Shown: positions 40,648-54,414, counted from the first letter of the stretch. The stretch is DNA of 64,000 nucleotides from Escherichia coli (GCF_022846255.1 NZ_AP025682.1); one strand, 5' to 3'. The notes: generated from the sequence alone by a model not told the origin. Numbers and translations: made by a program.

Positions 40648-41603
40648 TGAAGCAACTTTGGTTTGCCATGTCATTAGTGACAGGTAGCCTGTTATTCTCT
40701 GCTAACGCCTCGGCCACTCCCGCGTCCGGGGCGTTATTACAGCAGATGAACCTGGCCAGTCAGTCACTGAATTACGAGCTGTCATTCATCAGCATCAATA
40801 AACAGGGTGTTGAGTCTCTGCGTTATCGACATGCACGCCTCGATAACCGTCCTCTTGCACAATTGTTGCAAATGGATGGCCCGCGCCGGGAAGTGGTACA
40901 GCGCGGCAATGAGATCAGCTATTTTGAACCGGGACTTGAACCGTTCACGCTTAATGGCGATTACATTGTTGATTCTCTGCCATCGCTCATCTATACCGAT
41001 TTCAAACGCCTTTCTCCTTACTACGACTTTATCTCCGTCGGGCGCACGCGTATTGCTGATCGTCTTTGCGAAGTTATTCGCGTGGTTGCCCGAGATGGTA
41101 CACGCTACAGCTACATCGTGTGGATGGACACCGAATCGAAATTACCGATGAGGGTTGATCTCCTTGATCGCGATGGTGAAACGCTGGAACAATTTCGCGT
41201 GATTGCTTTTAATGTCAATCAGGATATCAGCAGCAGTATGCAGACGCTGGCGAAGGCAAATTTGCCGCCGTTGCTTTCTGTTCCTGTAGGTGAAAAAGCC
41301 AAATTCAACTGGACTCCAACCTGGTTGCCACAGGGTTTTAGCGAAGTTTCCAGTAGTCGACGTCCGCTACCGACGATGGACAACATGCCTATTGAATCAC
41401 GTCTCTATTCCGACGGATTATTCAGCTTCTCGGTAAACGTTAACCGCGCTACGCCATCGAGCACCGATCAGATGTTGCGCACCGGACGCAGAACCGTCAG
41501 TACAAGCGTACGTGATAACGCCGAAATCACCATTGTCGGTGAACTGCCGCCGCAAACGGCGAAACGCATTGCCGAGAATATTAAGTTCGGGGCAGCGCAA
41601 TGA
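40647..41603 (+). CDS. rseB: Sigma-E regulatory protein RseB (318 aa)
   Basis: Signal peptide; synteny in rpoE-rseABC. Confidence 0.95.
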   Translation: MKQLWFAMSLVTGSLLFSANASATPASGALLQQMNLASQSLNYELSFISINKQGVESLRYRHARLDNRPLAQLLQMDGPRREVVQRGNEISYFEPGLEPFTLNGDYIVDSLPSLIYTDFKRLSPYYDFISVGRTRIADRLCEVIRVVARDGTRYSYIVWMDTESKLPMRVDLLDRDGETLEQFRVIAFNVNQDISSSMQTLAKANLPPLLSVPVGEKAKFNWTPTWLPQGFSEVSSSRRPLPTMDNMPIESRLYSDGLFSFSVNVNRATPSSTDQMLRTGRRTVSTSVRDNAEITIVGELPPQTAKRIAENIKFGAAQ

Positions 41604-42079
41604 TCAAAGAGTGGGCTACCGTCGTCTCCTGGGAAAACGGGCAGGCGCTGGTTAGTTGTGATGTTAAAGCCTCATGCAGCAGCTGCGCTTCACGCGCCGG
41701 TTGCGGTAGCCGCGTGTTGAATAAACTTGGCCCGCAAACCACGCATACCATTGTCGTACCCTGTGATGAACAGTTAGTGCCGGGGCAAAAAGTAGAATTA
41801 GGAATCGCCGAAGGCAGCCTGCTTAGCTCCGCATTACTGGTTTATATGTCGCCGTTGGTGGGACTATTCCTCATCGCTTCACTATTTCAGCTACTCTTTG
41901 CTTCAGATATTGCAGCATTATGCGGTGCGATTCTCGGTGGCGTTGGTGGATTCCTGATTGCACGTGGCTGCTCTCGAAAGTTTGCTGCCCGGTCTGAATG
42001 GCAACCGATCATCTTAAGCGTGGCCTTGCCGCCTGGCCTTGTGCGATTTGAAACATCTTCGGAAGACGCGAGCCAGTGA
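41600..42079 (+). CDS. rseC: RseC (159 aa)
   Basis: Cys-rich N-terminus and two TM helices; synteny. Confidence 0.93.
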   Translation: MIKEWATVVSWENGQALVSCDVKASCSSCASRAGCGSRVLNKLGPQTTHTIVVPCDEQLVPGQKVELGIAEGSLLSSALLVYMSPLVGLFLIASLFQLLFASDIAALCGAILGGVGGFLIARGCSRKFAARSEWQPIILSVALPPGLVRFETSSEDASQ

Positions 42080-42276
42080 TTTCACTGGCTTTGTTGCATT
42101 TTGCATAACAAATGCGAGGACGTTTCCAGATACCACAATCCATACGGTATGAACATTTCCTCGCCTCAATGTTGTAGTGTAGAATGCGGCGTTTCTATTA
42201 ATACAGACGTTAAGCTCAGAACAGCGACTTCTAAAAGCCTGGTTAACCGGGCATTAAGGCACAATAATCATACTTT

Positions 42277-44076
<1,800 letters not shown>

Positions 44077-44091
44077 CCCTTAGGAGTTGGC

Positions 44092-45066
44092 ATGGCGAAT
44101 ATGTTTGCCCTGATTCTGGTGATTGCCACACTGGTGACGGGCATTTTATGGTGCGTGGATAAATTCTTTTTCGCACCTAAACGGCGGGAACGTCAGGCAG
44201 CGGCGCAGGCGGCTGCCGGTGACTCACTGGATAAAGCAACACTGAAAAAGGTTGCGCCGAAGCCTGGCTGGCTGGAAACCGGTGCTTCTGTTTTTCCGGT
44301 GCTGGCTATCGTATTGATTGTGCGTTCGTTTATTTATGAACCGTTCCAGATCCCGTCAGGTTCGATGATGCCGACTCTGTTAATCGGTGATTTTATTCTG
44401 GTAGAGAAGTTTGCTTATGGCATTAAAGATCCTATCTACCAGAAAACGCTGATCGAAACCGGTCATCCGAAACGCGGCGATATCGTGGTCTTTAAATATC
44501 CGGAAGATCCAAAGCTTGATTACATCAAGCGCGCGGTGGGTTTACCGGGCGATAAAGTCACTTATGATCCGGTCTCGAAAGAGCTGACGATTCAACCGGG
44601 ATGCAGTTCCGGCCAGGTATGTGAAAACGCGCTGCCGGTCACCTACTCCAACGTGGAACCGAGCGATTTCGTTCAGACCTTCTCACGCCGTAATGGTGGG
44701 GAAGCGACCAGCGGATTCTTTGAAGTGCCGAAAAACGAAACCAAAGAAAATGGAATTCGTCTTTCCGAGCGTAAAGAGACACTGGGTGATGTGACGCATC
44801 GTATTCTGACAGTGCCGATTGCGCAGGACCAGGTGGGGATGTATTACCAGCAGCCAGGGCAACAACTGGCAACCTGGATTGTTCCGCCGGGACAATACTT
44901 CATGATGGGTGACAACCGCGACAACAGCGCGGACAGCCGTTACTGGGGCTTTGTGCCGGAAGCGAATCTGGTCGGTCGGGCAACGGCTATCTGGATGAGC
45001 TTCGATAAGCAAGAAGGCGAATGGCCGACAGGTGTGCGCTTAAGCCGCATTGGCGGCATCCATTAA
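44092..45066 (+). CDS. lepB: Signal peptidase I LepB (324 aa)
   Basis: Catalytic SGSMMPTL serine motif; two TM segments. Confidence 0.96.
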   Translation: MANMFALILVIATLVTGILWCVDKFFFAPKRRERQAAAQAAAGDSLDKATLKKVAPKPGWLETGASVFPVLAIVLIVRSFIYEPFQIPSGSMMPTLLIGDFILVEKFAYGIKDPIYQKTLIETGHPKRGDIVVFKYPEDPKLDYIKRAVGLPGDKVTYDPVSKELTIQPGCSSGQVCENALPVTYSNVEPSDFVQTFSRRNGGEATSGFFEVPKNETKENGIRLSERKETLGDVTHRILTVPIAQDQVGMYYQQPGQQLATWIVPPGQYFMMGDNRDNSADSRYWGFVPEANLVGRATAIWMSFDKQEGEWPTGVRLSRIGGIH

Positions 45067-45079
45067 TAGCCCATCTTCG

Positions 45080-45112
45080 TTCACGTTGTCGCCGTTATGG
45101 CGACAACGTGAA
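45080..45112 (+). terminator. lepAB terminator (long perfect palindrome)
   Basis: ttcacgttgtcgcc gttat ggcgacaacgtgaa, 14-bp stem, followed by ttatttat. Confidence 0.65.
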
Positions 45113-45308
45113 TTATTTATGAGATAAATCTCCCGTGGCTAACGACATCCCCCGTCGTTGTGTATAGAATATTCCCCCGAAGTTTAAGGTTGGCACCTCC
45201 AGGTTGCCACGGCACACGAAACAGCGTTGGTCCCCATATACCGGTAAACTGAAACTGCAGCGAAGCAGTTAGCAGAGCCATGTATATCAGGTCTGTTTCG
45301 TGTGCTGA

Positions 45309-46921
<1,613 letters not shown>

Positions 46922-46932
46922 GAGTAACTCCG

Positions 46933-47661
46933 ATGGAAGGCTGGCAGCGCGCATTTGTCCTGCATAGTCGCCCGTGGAGCGAAACCAGCTTGATGCTGGA
47001 CGTCTTCACGGAGGAATCGGGTCGCGTGCGTCTGGTTGCCAAAGGCGCACGCTCTAAACGCTCTACTCTGAAAGGTGCATTACAGCCTTTCACCCCTCTC
47101 TTGCTACGTTTCGGCGGGCGTGGCGAAGTAAAAACGCTGCGCAGTGCTGAAGCCGTCTCGCTGGCGCTGCCATTAAGCGGTATCACGCTTTACAGCGGTC
47201 TGTACATCAACGAACTTCTCTCCCGCGTACTGGAATACGAGACGCGCTTCTCTGAACTCTTTTTCGATTACTTGCACTGCATTCAGTCACTTGCAGGTGC
47301 CACTGGTACGCCAGAACCCGCGCTGCGCCGCTTTGAACTGGCACTGCTCGGGCATCTGGGCTATGGCGTCAATTTTACCCATTGTGCGGGTAGCGGCGAG
47401 CCGGTAGATGACACCATGACGTATCGTTATCGCGAAGAAAAAGGGTTTATCGCAAGCGTCGTTATCGACAATAAAACGTTCACCGGAAGGCAGTTAAAAG
47501 CGTTAAACGCGCGGGAATTTCCTGACGCAGACACACTGCGCGCCGCGAAACGCTTTACCCGCATGGCGCTTAAGCCGTATCTTGGCGGTAAACCATTAAA
47601 GAGCAGGGAACTGTTCCGGCAGTTTATGCCTAAGCGAACGGTGAAAACACATTATGAATGA
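46933..47661 (+). CDS. recO: DNA repair protein RecO (242 aa)
   Basis: [41 protein letters not shown]. Confidence 0.96.
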
Positions 47662-47672
47662 TGAGGATTGTC

Positions 47673-48404
47673 ATGGCTGAATTACTGTTAGGCGTCAACA
47701 TTGACCATATTGCAACGCTGCGTAACGCACGCGGTACTGCTTACCCGGATCCGGTGCAGGCGGCGTTTATTGCCGAGCAGGCGGGAGCAGACGGCATTAC
47801 CGTGCATTTACGTGAAGATCGCCGCCACATTACCGACCGCGATGTGCGCATCCTGCGTCAGACGCTGGATACCCGCATGAATCTGGAGATGGCGGTGACC
47901 GAAGAGATGCTGGCGATCGCCGTTGAGACGAAGCCACATTTTTGCTGTCTGGTACCGGAAAAGCGTCAGGAAGTAACAACCGAAGGCGGCCTGGACGTCG
48001 CTGGACAGCGTGAAAAAATGCGCGATGCCTGCAAACGTCTGGCGGAGGCCGGGATCCAGGTTTCTCTGTTTATCGACGCCGATGAAGAGCAGATCAAAGC
48101 TGCGGCAGAGGTTGGCGCACCGTTTATCGAGATCCACACAGGTTGCTATGCTGATGCCAAAACTGACGCCGAACAGGCGCAAGAGCTGGCGCGTATCGCC
48201 AAAGCCGCGACCTTTGCCGCCAGTCTCGGTCTGAAAGTTAACGCTGGTCACGGTCTGACCTATCACAACGTGAAAGCCATTGCCGCCATTCCTGAGATGC
48301 ACGAACTGAATATCGGTCATGCCATTATTGGTCGTGCAGTGATGACCGGACTGAAAGATGCGGTGGCAGAAATGAAGCGTCTGATGCTGGAAGTGCGTGG
48401 CTAA
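47673..48404 (+). CDS. pdxJ: Pyridoxine 5-phosphate synthase PdxJ (243 aa)
   Basis: [31 protein letters not shown]; start at ATG 47673 inside the track ORF. Confidence 0.95.
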
Positions 48405-48784
48405 TGGCAATATTAGGTTTAGGTACGGATATTGTGGAGATCGCTCGCATAGAAGCGGTGATCGCCCGATCCGGTGAACGCCTGGCACGCCGCGTATTAA
48501 GCGATAACGAATGGGCAATCTGGAAAACGCACCACCAGCCGGTGCGTTTTCTGGCGAAGCGTTTTGCTGTGAAAGAAGCGGCGGCAAAAGCGTTTGGCAC
48601 CGGGATCCGCAATGGTCTGGCGTTTAATCAATTTGAAGTATTCAATGATGAGCTCGGCAAACCACGGCTACGGCTATGGGGTGAGGCATTAAAACTGGCG
48701 GAAAAGCTCGGCGTTGTAAATATGCATGTAACGCTGGCAGATGAACGCCACTATGCTTGTGCCACGGTAATTATTGAAAGTTAA
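48404..48784 (+). CDS. acpS: Holo-[acyl-carrier-protein] synthase AcpS (126 aa)
   Basis: [32 protein letters not shown]. Confidence 0.96.
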
Positions 48785-48809
48785 AAAATACCGTTCTCTT
48801 TATAAAGTA

Positions 48810-48845
48810 AAACCCCCGAACTGGTAAGGAACGGGGGTTTTCAGT
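48810..48845 (+). terminator. Terminator after acpS
   Basis: cccccg ... cggggg inverted repeat followed by TTTT. Confidence 0.55.
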
Positions 48846-49204
48846 TTACAACTTTAATTTTGTGCAGCACACGATTCCAACGGAAATAATTATGGATCAA
48901 TTTCGTTGACCTGTACAAGCAACTTGCAATCTCTGACATAAAAAACGCGAGCCTTTACGAAGAAATCGACATTGATGAAAAGATTAACGTGACCGCTTTT
49001 TGATAAGTACATTAAAATCGGTTTCATTATTGGCAATTTTGCTGTGCTTTACACCATGCCACTGAATTCCCCCATTGAAACGAGTGGTGTCGTCAAAGCT
49101 CTGGTGTGGAGTGCAGCACTCGATTCCAATAACTCGCACGTTCAGTTTTGGGGAGATGTAAGGGCTAATCTGAACGGCTGCATTCCTTGTTTAAGGAAAA
49201 ACGA

Positions 49205-49285
49205 ATGACTGATTGCCGATACCTGATTAAACGGGTTATCAAAATCATCATTGCTGTTTTACAGCTGATCCTTCTGTTCTTATAA
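49205..49285 (+). CDS. shoB: Type I toxin ShoB (26 aa, MTDCRYLIKRVIKIIIAVLQLILLFL)
   Basis: Hand translation of atgactgattgccgatacctg...ctgttcttataa; hydrophobic small peptide; lies between acpS and yfhL as in K-12; too short for the ORF track. Confidence 0.85.
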   Translation: MTDCRYLIKRVIKIIIAVLQLILLFL

Positions 49286-49478
49286 CACAAGGAAACGTAC
49301 TTAAGGTGCGTCCGGTGAACCAGTCGGACGCGCCTTTAATAACTATAAATAAGTGTCTGGGCAGATACTATATAAATTAACTTAGTGAATGATTATGCTA
49401 ATGTCATCATTTAAATAAATATAATAGCGTTAAGATTTTTCTATAAAATAATTAACACTCTACTTCCAGAGCAGAATA

Positions 49479-49748
<270 letters not shown>

Positions 49749-49954
49749 TTACCGTTAAATCATTTTAAAAATCAGTAAGTTGTATCGAGTTTGTATGCTT
49801 TACTGTCATTAACTTACTGTATGTTGATCCAGTGTATTTAACCTTGATAAACTCAGTCCAGTAACACAAAGCCGCAACACATTGCATTTTGTCCCGTAGA
49901 AAAGACTTGTATGTGTGTGCTTGTTTTCTGCGCCTACGCAGATAAGGATTGAGA

Positions 49955-51352
49955 ATGCCGCGCACTGTAACACATAATCCGGATAGCCCCAATAATGACG
50001 ATGTTTTAGCCGCATCTGAAAAATGGGACGCCTGTAAACCCCCCTATACCAGCGCACACATGAAAATCTGTGTTGCTGCCGCCAAAATCATCCTCGCTGC
50101 TTCCGGCGTGGCTCGCCGTTCCAAATACGAAAAAGAGAACTATCTCCGTATCGATTTCAGCAAAGCCGGTAAGGTTACATTTTACGCCGAGTTTCCAAAA
50201 AAGATGGGCCTCAAAGGTAAAAAGCTCGGCGAGTGGCCGGAGCTCGCTATCCAGCTGGCGCGCGAAAAAGCGCTAGGTATGGCTGACGGTGGCCTGCGGG
50301 CAGAGTCCGTACATGCAGCGCTGGAAATGTACCGGGATGACCTCAAAGCCAAAGTCGCCCGGCAGAAGCTGAGCCCGGACAGTTTCACAACCTACGGGGT
50401 GCGTATCGACCGGATTAAAGCAACGTTCGGCGAGCGCGAGGTGTTCAGCGACGTAACATACAATCGGCTGGTGGAAGTGCTGGACGAGTGGATCGCTACT
50501 CGCTCGAACAATAACGCCCTGGAGTTGTTTGCCGAGCTCCGTCGGTTCTGGAAGTTCTGCGCACCTACTCTTTGCAACGGCCGCAATGTTGCCGCCAGTC
50601 TGCCAGATGATTATGTTTCCTCCCGCGTACAGAAACCTACCCCCACACGGCTTTTTACCGATATTGAATCAATCGCCCGACTCTGGCTCAATGTTGCTGC
50701 CTGCACCTCTGTACACCAGAAGAATGCTGTTCGCTTCATGATCATCACTGGTGTTCGTCCGATTAATGTCCATAACCTGCGCTGGGACTACGTTCACGAG
50801 GAGGCTGGTGAAATTGTTTATCCGGAAGGGGTTATCGGCATGCGAGGGGCTATGAAAACACAAAAGGCTTTCCGCCTGCCGATAACCCCTGAGATCCGGC
50901 GGATTATCGACGAGCAGAAAGCCTGGCGTGATTCAGTTCCTGAGTGCAACAGGGATTATGTATTTTTGCAGCCACGTGATCCAATGCAGCCATTTTCAAA
51001 ACGATCACTGGATAAGCTGGTGAAAACATACAGCCCGGACGGGGCTGTAAAAGGAATAAAACATGATGGGACTGTTAAAGGGAAAGACGGTGCATTTAAT
51101 ACGATGTGCCGTAAATTCCTTAAGAGCAATGTTATTGCCTTGATGAAGGAAAGAGGCTATTCCCGCTCAGACCGAAGGGAAATCAGCCTCCTTTGCCTTC
51201 ACCACTCCAGCAAGTCAGATGACCCGATGGCAGAACATTACGACTTTTCTGATGAGATTTTACAGGAAGAGATTGCGTTGAAGCGCGAAGCTTTCGAGGC
51301 TCACGAGCGGAGCATACTTGCGCAGGTGGCATTGCTACGGCGGCGAGGTTAA
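49955..51352 (+). CDS. Phage-type tyrosine integrase (start uncertain: TTG 49949, ATG 49955 with AAGGA RBS, or ATG 50060)
   Basis: C-terminal catalytic-domain pattern ending ...LHHSSKSDDPMAEHYDF with the tyrosine nucleophile; arm-binding-like N-terminus; position at the element boundary. Confidence 0.85.
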   Translation: MPRTVTHNPDSPNNDDVLAASEKWDACKPPYTSAHMKICVAAAKIILAASGVARRSKYEKENYLRIDFSKAGKVTFYAEFPKKMGLKGKKLGEWPELAIQLAREKALGMADGGLRAESVHAALEMYRDDLKAKVARQKLSPDSFTTYGVRIDRIKATFGEREVFSDVTYNRLVEVLDEWIATRSNNNALELFAELRRFWKFCAPTLCNGRNVAASLPDDYVSSRVQKPTPTRLFTDIESIARLWLNVAACTSVHQKNAVRFMIITGVRPINVHNLRWDYVHEEAGEIVYPEGVIGMRGAMKTQKAFRLPITPEIRRIIDEQKAWRDSVPECNRDYVFLQPRDPMQPFSKRSLDKLVKTYSPDGAVKGIKHDGTVKGKDGAFNTMCRKFLKSNVIALMKERGYSRSDRREISLLCLHHSSKSDDPMAEHYDFSDEILQEEIALKREAFEAHERSILAQVALLRRRG

Positions 51353-51549
51353 TACTGGCTGCGACATTTTTGAATAAAAGCGTCGATATTTCGGCGCTCA
51401 TAACGAACTACTTTTGCACTGAAACGAATTGGTGCCAGGATAGCCCGATGACGATGCTTAATATTCCACTCACATAGCGTTTTCTGTGTAATACCTAACT
51501 TTTGGCATACTTCATCCGGGGTGAGTAAATCGTCGGGTTTCTCGCTCAT
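51349..51549 (-). CDS. AlpA/excisionase-family small DNA-binding protein (66 aa)
   Basis: MSEKPDDLLTPDEVCQKLGITQKTLCEWNIK HTH resembling the AlpA/Xis family; convergent with and overlapping the integrase 3-prime end. Confidence 0.7.
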   Translation of the reverse strand: MSEKPDDLLTPDEVCQKLGITQKTLCEWNIKHRHRAILAPIRFSAKVVRYERRNIDAFIQKCRSQY

Positions 51550-52940
51550 GCTATACCTCTCTTTTTCATGGCATCGAGCAGGATGTCCTGCACTGTTCGT
51601 TTTGAGTTGCGCCGCTCCATCACCATTTCATCCATAGTGTCGGCAGCAATAATGTGGTGAATAAATACCGGACGATTGTGTCCGGCCTGTATCTGCCTGG
51701 TGGGGCCGATACGTTCAATAATTTGCTGATATTGCTCCAGGTCCCACCAGTGTGAGAAAAATACCAGTATATTTCCGCCGTCCTGCATGTTCAGGCCGTG
51801 GCCCGCGCTGGCTGGGTGTGCAAAGAGAACAGGAATCTTTCCGGAATTCCAGTCGCGCAGTGTCTGTGGATCCTGGTCGAGGTGACGACCGCGAGGGAAT
51901 GCTTTAAGCAAGCGTTCAAGATCGTGTTTCCAGTGATAAGCAACCAGCACAGGTGCGCCAGCTGCTTCGGTCAGTATGCTGTCCAGCGCCTGTAGTTTGG
52001 TGTCATGCAGTTCTGACCAACTTCCGGTGTCATCTGTGTATACTGCGCCGCTGGCGATTTGCAGACACTTCAGTGTCTTTGCCGCGGCGTTCGGTGCTTC
52101 GATGCCTTCGCCATTCAGCTCGAGGAACATTTCCTTTTCCATTTCACGATACTGCTGACGGGCCTTCGGTGGCATATCCACGCGGATTACGTTATGGATG
52201 GGGTCTTTGATATCGAACCAGTCGGCCGCATCCAGCGAGAGGGTTACATCGGCTAACGCTCGCTGTATTTCACCCTGTGAGTGAGCAAAAGGCTCCAGTT
52301 TGGTCCAGCTCTGCCCCGGAAACTGTATCGAGTTGAACCAGCGTGAGGTAAACGCGCCGTAAGTGCGCCCGAGACGTTGCCCCTGGTCCACAAACCACGA
52401 TTGTCCCCACAAATCTACCAGGCCGTTCGGTGCTGGCGTACCGGTGAGATTTATCCAGCGCCGGACATACTTATGCGCCACTTTGCCCAGCGCCGCCGCG
52501 CGCTTACCACCACCGCGCAGCCGGAAGGATTTTAGCCGGGTGCTTTCATCTGGAATGACAGTACCGAACGGCCATCGTTCTCCCAATTCTTCAATCAGCC
52601 AGACAAGGTTATCGTAGTTGATGGTGAACACGCTTGCGTTGCTGTTCGTCAGCGCCATAGAGCGCGCTTTGGCATTACCAATAATTGGCTGCACCTCGAT
52701 ATTGCGCAAATGTCCCCACTTCAGTGCTTCATCCGGCCATGTGCTGGCAGCCACGCGCAGCGGCGCGAGGACCAGTGCGGGGCATGTTTCTGCCCCTGCC
52801 ATAAAGAGATCTTCCAGCGCAGTGAGCGTTGCCACGGTTTTACCCATTCCCATCCCCGCCCAGATGTTGCCGCGCAGGGTTTCGGTTTCGTGGTTGATAA
52901 TGAGATCTTGGTAGGGGCGAGGTATATATTTTGGGGGCAT
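51546..52940 (-). CDS. SNF2/DEAD-like superfamily-2 helicase (464 aa)
   Basis: Walker A GMGMGKT, DExx-like VIPDESTRL, helicase C-terminal domain; AGGAG RBS 9 nt upstream of the ATG at 52940. Confidence 0.8.
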   Translation of the reverse strand: MPPKYIPRPYQDLIINHETETLRGNIWAGMGMGKTVATLTALEDLFMAGAETCPALVLAPLRVAASTWPDEALKWGHLRNIEVQPIIGNAKARSMALTNSNASVFTINYDNLVWLIEELGERWPFGTVIPDESTRLKSFRLRGGGKRAAALGKVAHKYVRRWINLTGTPAPNGLVDLWGQSWFVDQGQRLGRTYGAFTSRWFNSIQFPGQSWTKLEPFAHSQGEIQRALADVTLSLDAADWFDIKDPIHNVIRVDMPPKARQQYREMEKEMFLELNGEGIEAPNAAAKTLKCLQIASGAVYTDDTGSWSELHDTKLQALDSILTEAAGAPVLVAYHWKHDLERLLKAFPRGRHLDQDPQTLRDWNSGKIPVLFAHPASAGHGLNMQDGGNILVFFSHWWDLEQYQQIIERIGPTRQIQAGHNRPVFIHHIIAADTMDEMVMERRNSKRTVQDILLDAMKKRGIA

Positions 52941-52961
52941 ATAATATGGCTCCTAAACAAC

Positions 52962-52983
52962 AAAAGGCCAATTTAGGCCTTTT
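52962..52983. terminator. Terminator hairpin after the cargo gene at 53003..53920
   Basis: aaaaggcc aattta ggcctttt, 8-bp stem flanked by A/T runs (reads as a terminator on both strands). Confidence 0.6.
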
Positions 52984-53002
52984 GTTGTTTTAAAAATGTT
53001 AT

Positions 53003-53920
53003 TTATAATAGTGCTGTTACTATTGCATCTTTAAAAATATTTTCTTCTTCATTTATTAAAGGTGATGACAGATGAATAATTACTTCTTTTCCTGTCAATA
53101 CTATTTGCTCGACTTGAAATCCTGCGTTGTGTAGTCTTTGGCGTAACTTTTCTAGTGCTGATTTTGATATACTAAATCCTTCACTCCTTATAGTATAACT
53201 GGCAACTCCATTTTTAATAATATCTACAGAGTTGTCAATTTCCTGCTGCGAGTAATTTTTCGGTGAGTCGAAAAATCTGGATTTTGTCGTTGCTGTTGCC
53301 CTAAGAGATATCAATAATGATTTGATATCTTTAATCTCAGATGCCAGATACTCAGTTTCTGATACTTCTTTCTGGTCTAGTTGTGCAACTTTGAAAGTGC
53401 CAAAATGTTTGAGGAATGTTGTGTATTCAGGATCAGTTACTGACTTTAAATATGTTTCTTTTATCTTGCTCGCAAGTCTTTCTTTGAATAAATTGATTGA
53501 TTGGTATCTTAAATCCGAAGGGTACTCTAAATGTTCAATTGATGAAATGTCAAAGCTATAAGGAGTGCGCTCGTCCTTAATAATTACGGTCGGTTTGTCA
53601 AATGCGAGACGCATTCCTAATTCAAACATTACATTAGCGTTTCGAGCACTTATATCGCAAACAACTATGGGGTTTTCATAAAGATTTTGAACAATTCGTT
53701 TTTGTATTACTGCAACATCATCATCTGAACTTACCAAATTTGCCTTGAATCCGGCATCATTTGATGCTTCACAAATAATGTCATGAACATTTCTCCAATG
53801 TCCAGTGGGATAACCTTCTATGTCCGCAATTGGCATAATAATGCCGCATATATGAGGTGGCATATTTTTGTTGTCTTTTACATCATCTTGGTTTATTTCT
53901 TTCGTTTGTTGCTTAGCCAT
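53003..53920 (-). CDS. Hypothetical cargo protein (305 aa) with a Rossmann-like N-terminal domain of NDT/TIR-fold appearance and an unknown C-terminal domain
   Basis: N-terminal pattern ICGIIMPIAD ... IVVCDISARNANVMFELGMRLAFDKPTVII (beta-strand, then conserved Glu in an FELG context, as in nucleoside 2-deoxyribosyltransferase/TIR-like folds); gene is conspicuously AT-rich; own terminator. Confidence 0.5.
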   Translation of the reverse strand: MAKQQTKEINQDDVKDNKNMPPHICGIIMPIADIEGYPTGHWRNVHDIICEASNDAGFKANLVSSDDDVAVIQKRIVQNLYENPIVVCDISARNANVMFELGMRLAFDKPTVIIKDERTPYSFDISSIEHLEYPSDLRYQSINLFKERLASKIKETYLKSVTDPEYTTFLKHFGTFKVAQLDQKEVSETEYLASEIKDIKSLLISLRATATTKSRFFDSPKNYSQQEIDNSVDIIKNGVASYTIRSEGFSISKSALEKLRQRLHNAGFQVEQIVLTGKEVIIHLSSPLINEEENIFKDAIVTALL

Positions 53921-53935
53921 AGCTTACACAGACTC

Positions 53936-54220
53936 CTATTGTAATTTTTTGCCTAATATACATGAAAGCTCCTTACTATCCAGTACTACCACGGTAAAGC
54001 CCAGTTTTCGCAGACGTTCATGCTCGCGCAACTGATCAGGTCGTGGTGGTTTGCCTGGTGCTTTGCATTCGACAAAGACGATGCGACCGCCGGGTAGCAG
54101 AACAATGCGATCTGGTACCGAGCGGAGACCGGGAGATACGAACTTAAAGGCAACCCCGCCAGCCTTTTTTACTTCAGCGACGAGGTGCTTTTCGATTAGG
54201 TTTTCACGTTCATAGGCCAT
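53936..54220 (-). CDS. VRR-NUC domain nuclease (94 aa)
   Basis: PD-(D/E)xK-type motif ...PDRIVLLPGGRIVFVECKAPG...; typical partner of phage SNF2 helicases. Confidence 0.75.
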   Translation of the reverse strand: MAYERENLIEKHLVAEVKKAGGVAFKFVSPGLRSVPDRIVLLPGGRIVFVECKAPGKPPRPDQLREHERLRKLGFTVVVLDSKELSCILGKKLQ

Positions 54221-54414
54221 TAGCTTTCGCCTTCCTGCTTTTTGCGTTTCTTCATGCAGATAGCGCAGTTCTCAGGATGGTCATGCCATTCGTCAATCCT
54301 GATACCTGTGAACATCCATTTTCCGCATAGTGATATGGCTTCCCCCGAATTAAAGAAATGTGCTTTTTTCGACAGGGCGGGGAACCCCCAACCTTTATTA
54401 TCGATATTAGACAT
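54220..54414 (-). CDS. Small Cys/His-containing phage protein (64 aa), possible zinc ribbon
   Basis: ...SLCGKW...HDHPENCAICMKKRKKQ; stop overlaps the VRR-NUC start. Confidence 0.45.
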   Translation of the reverse strand: MSNIDNKGWGFPALSKKAHFFNSGEAISLCGKWMFTGIRIDEWHDHPENCAICMKKRKKQEGES

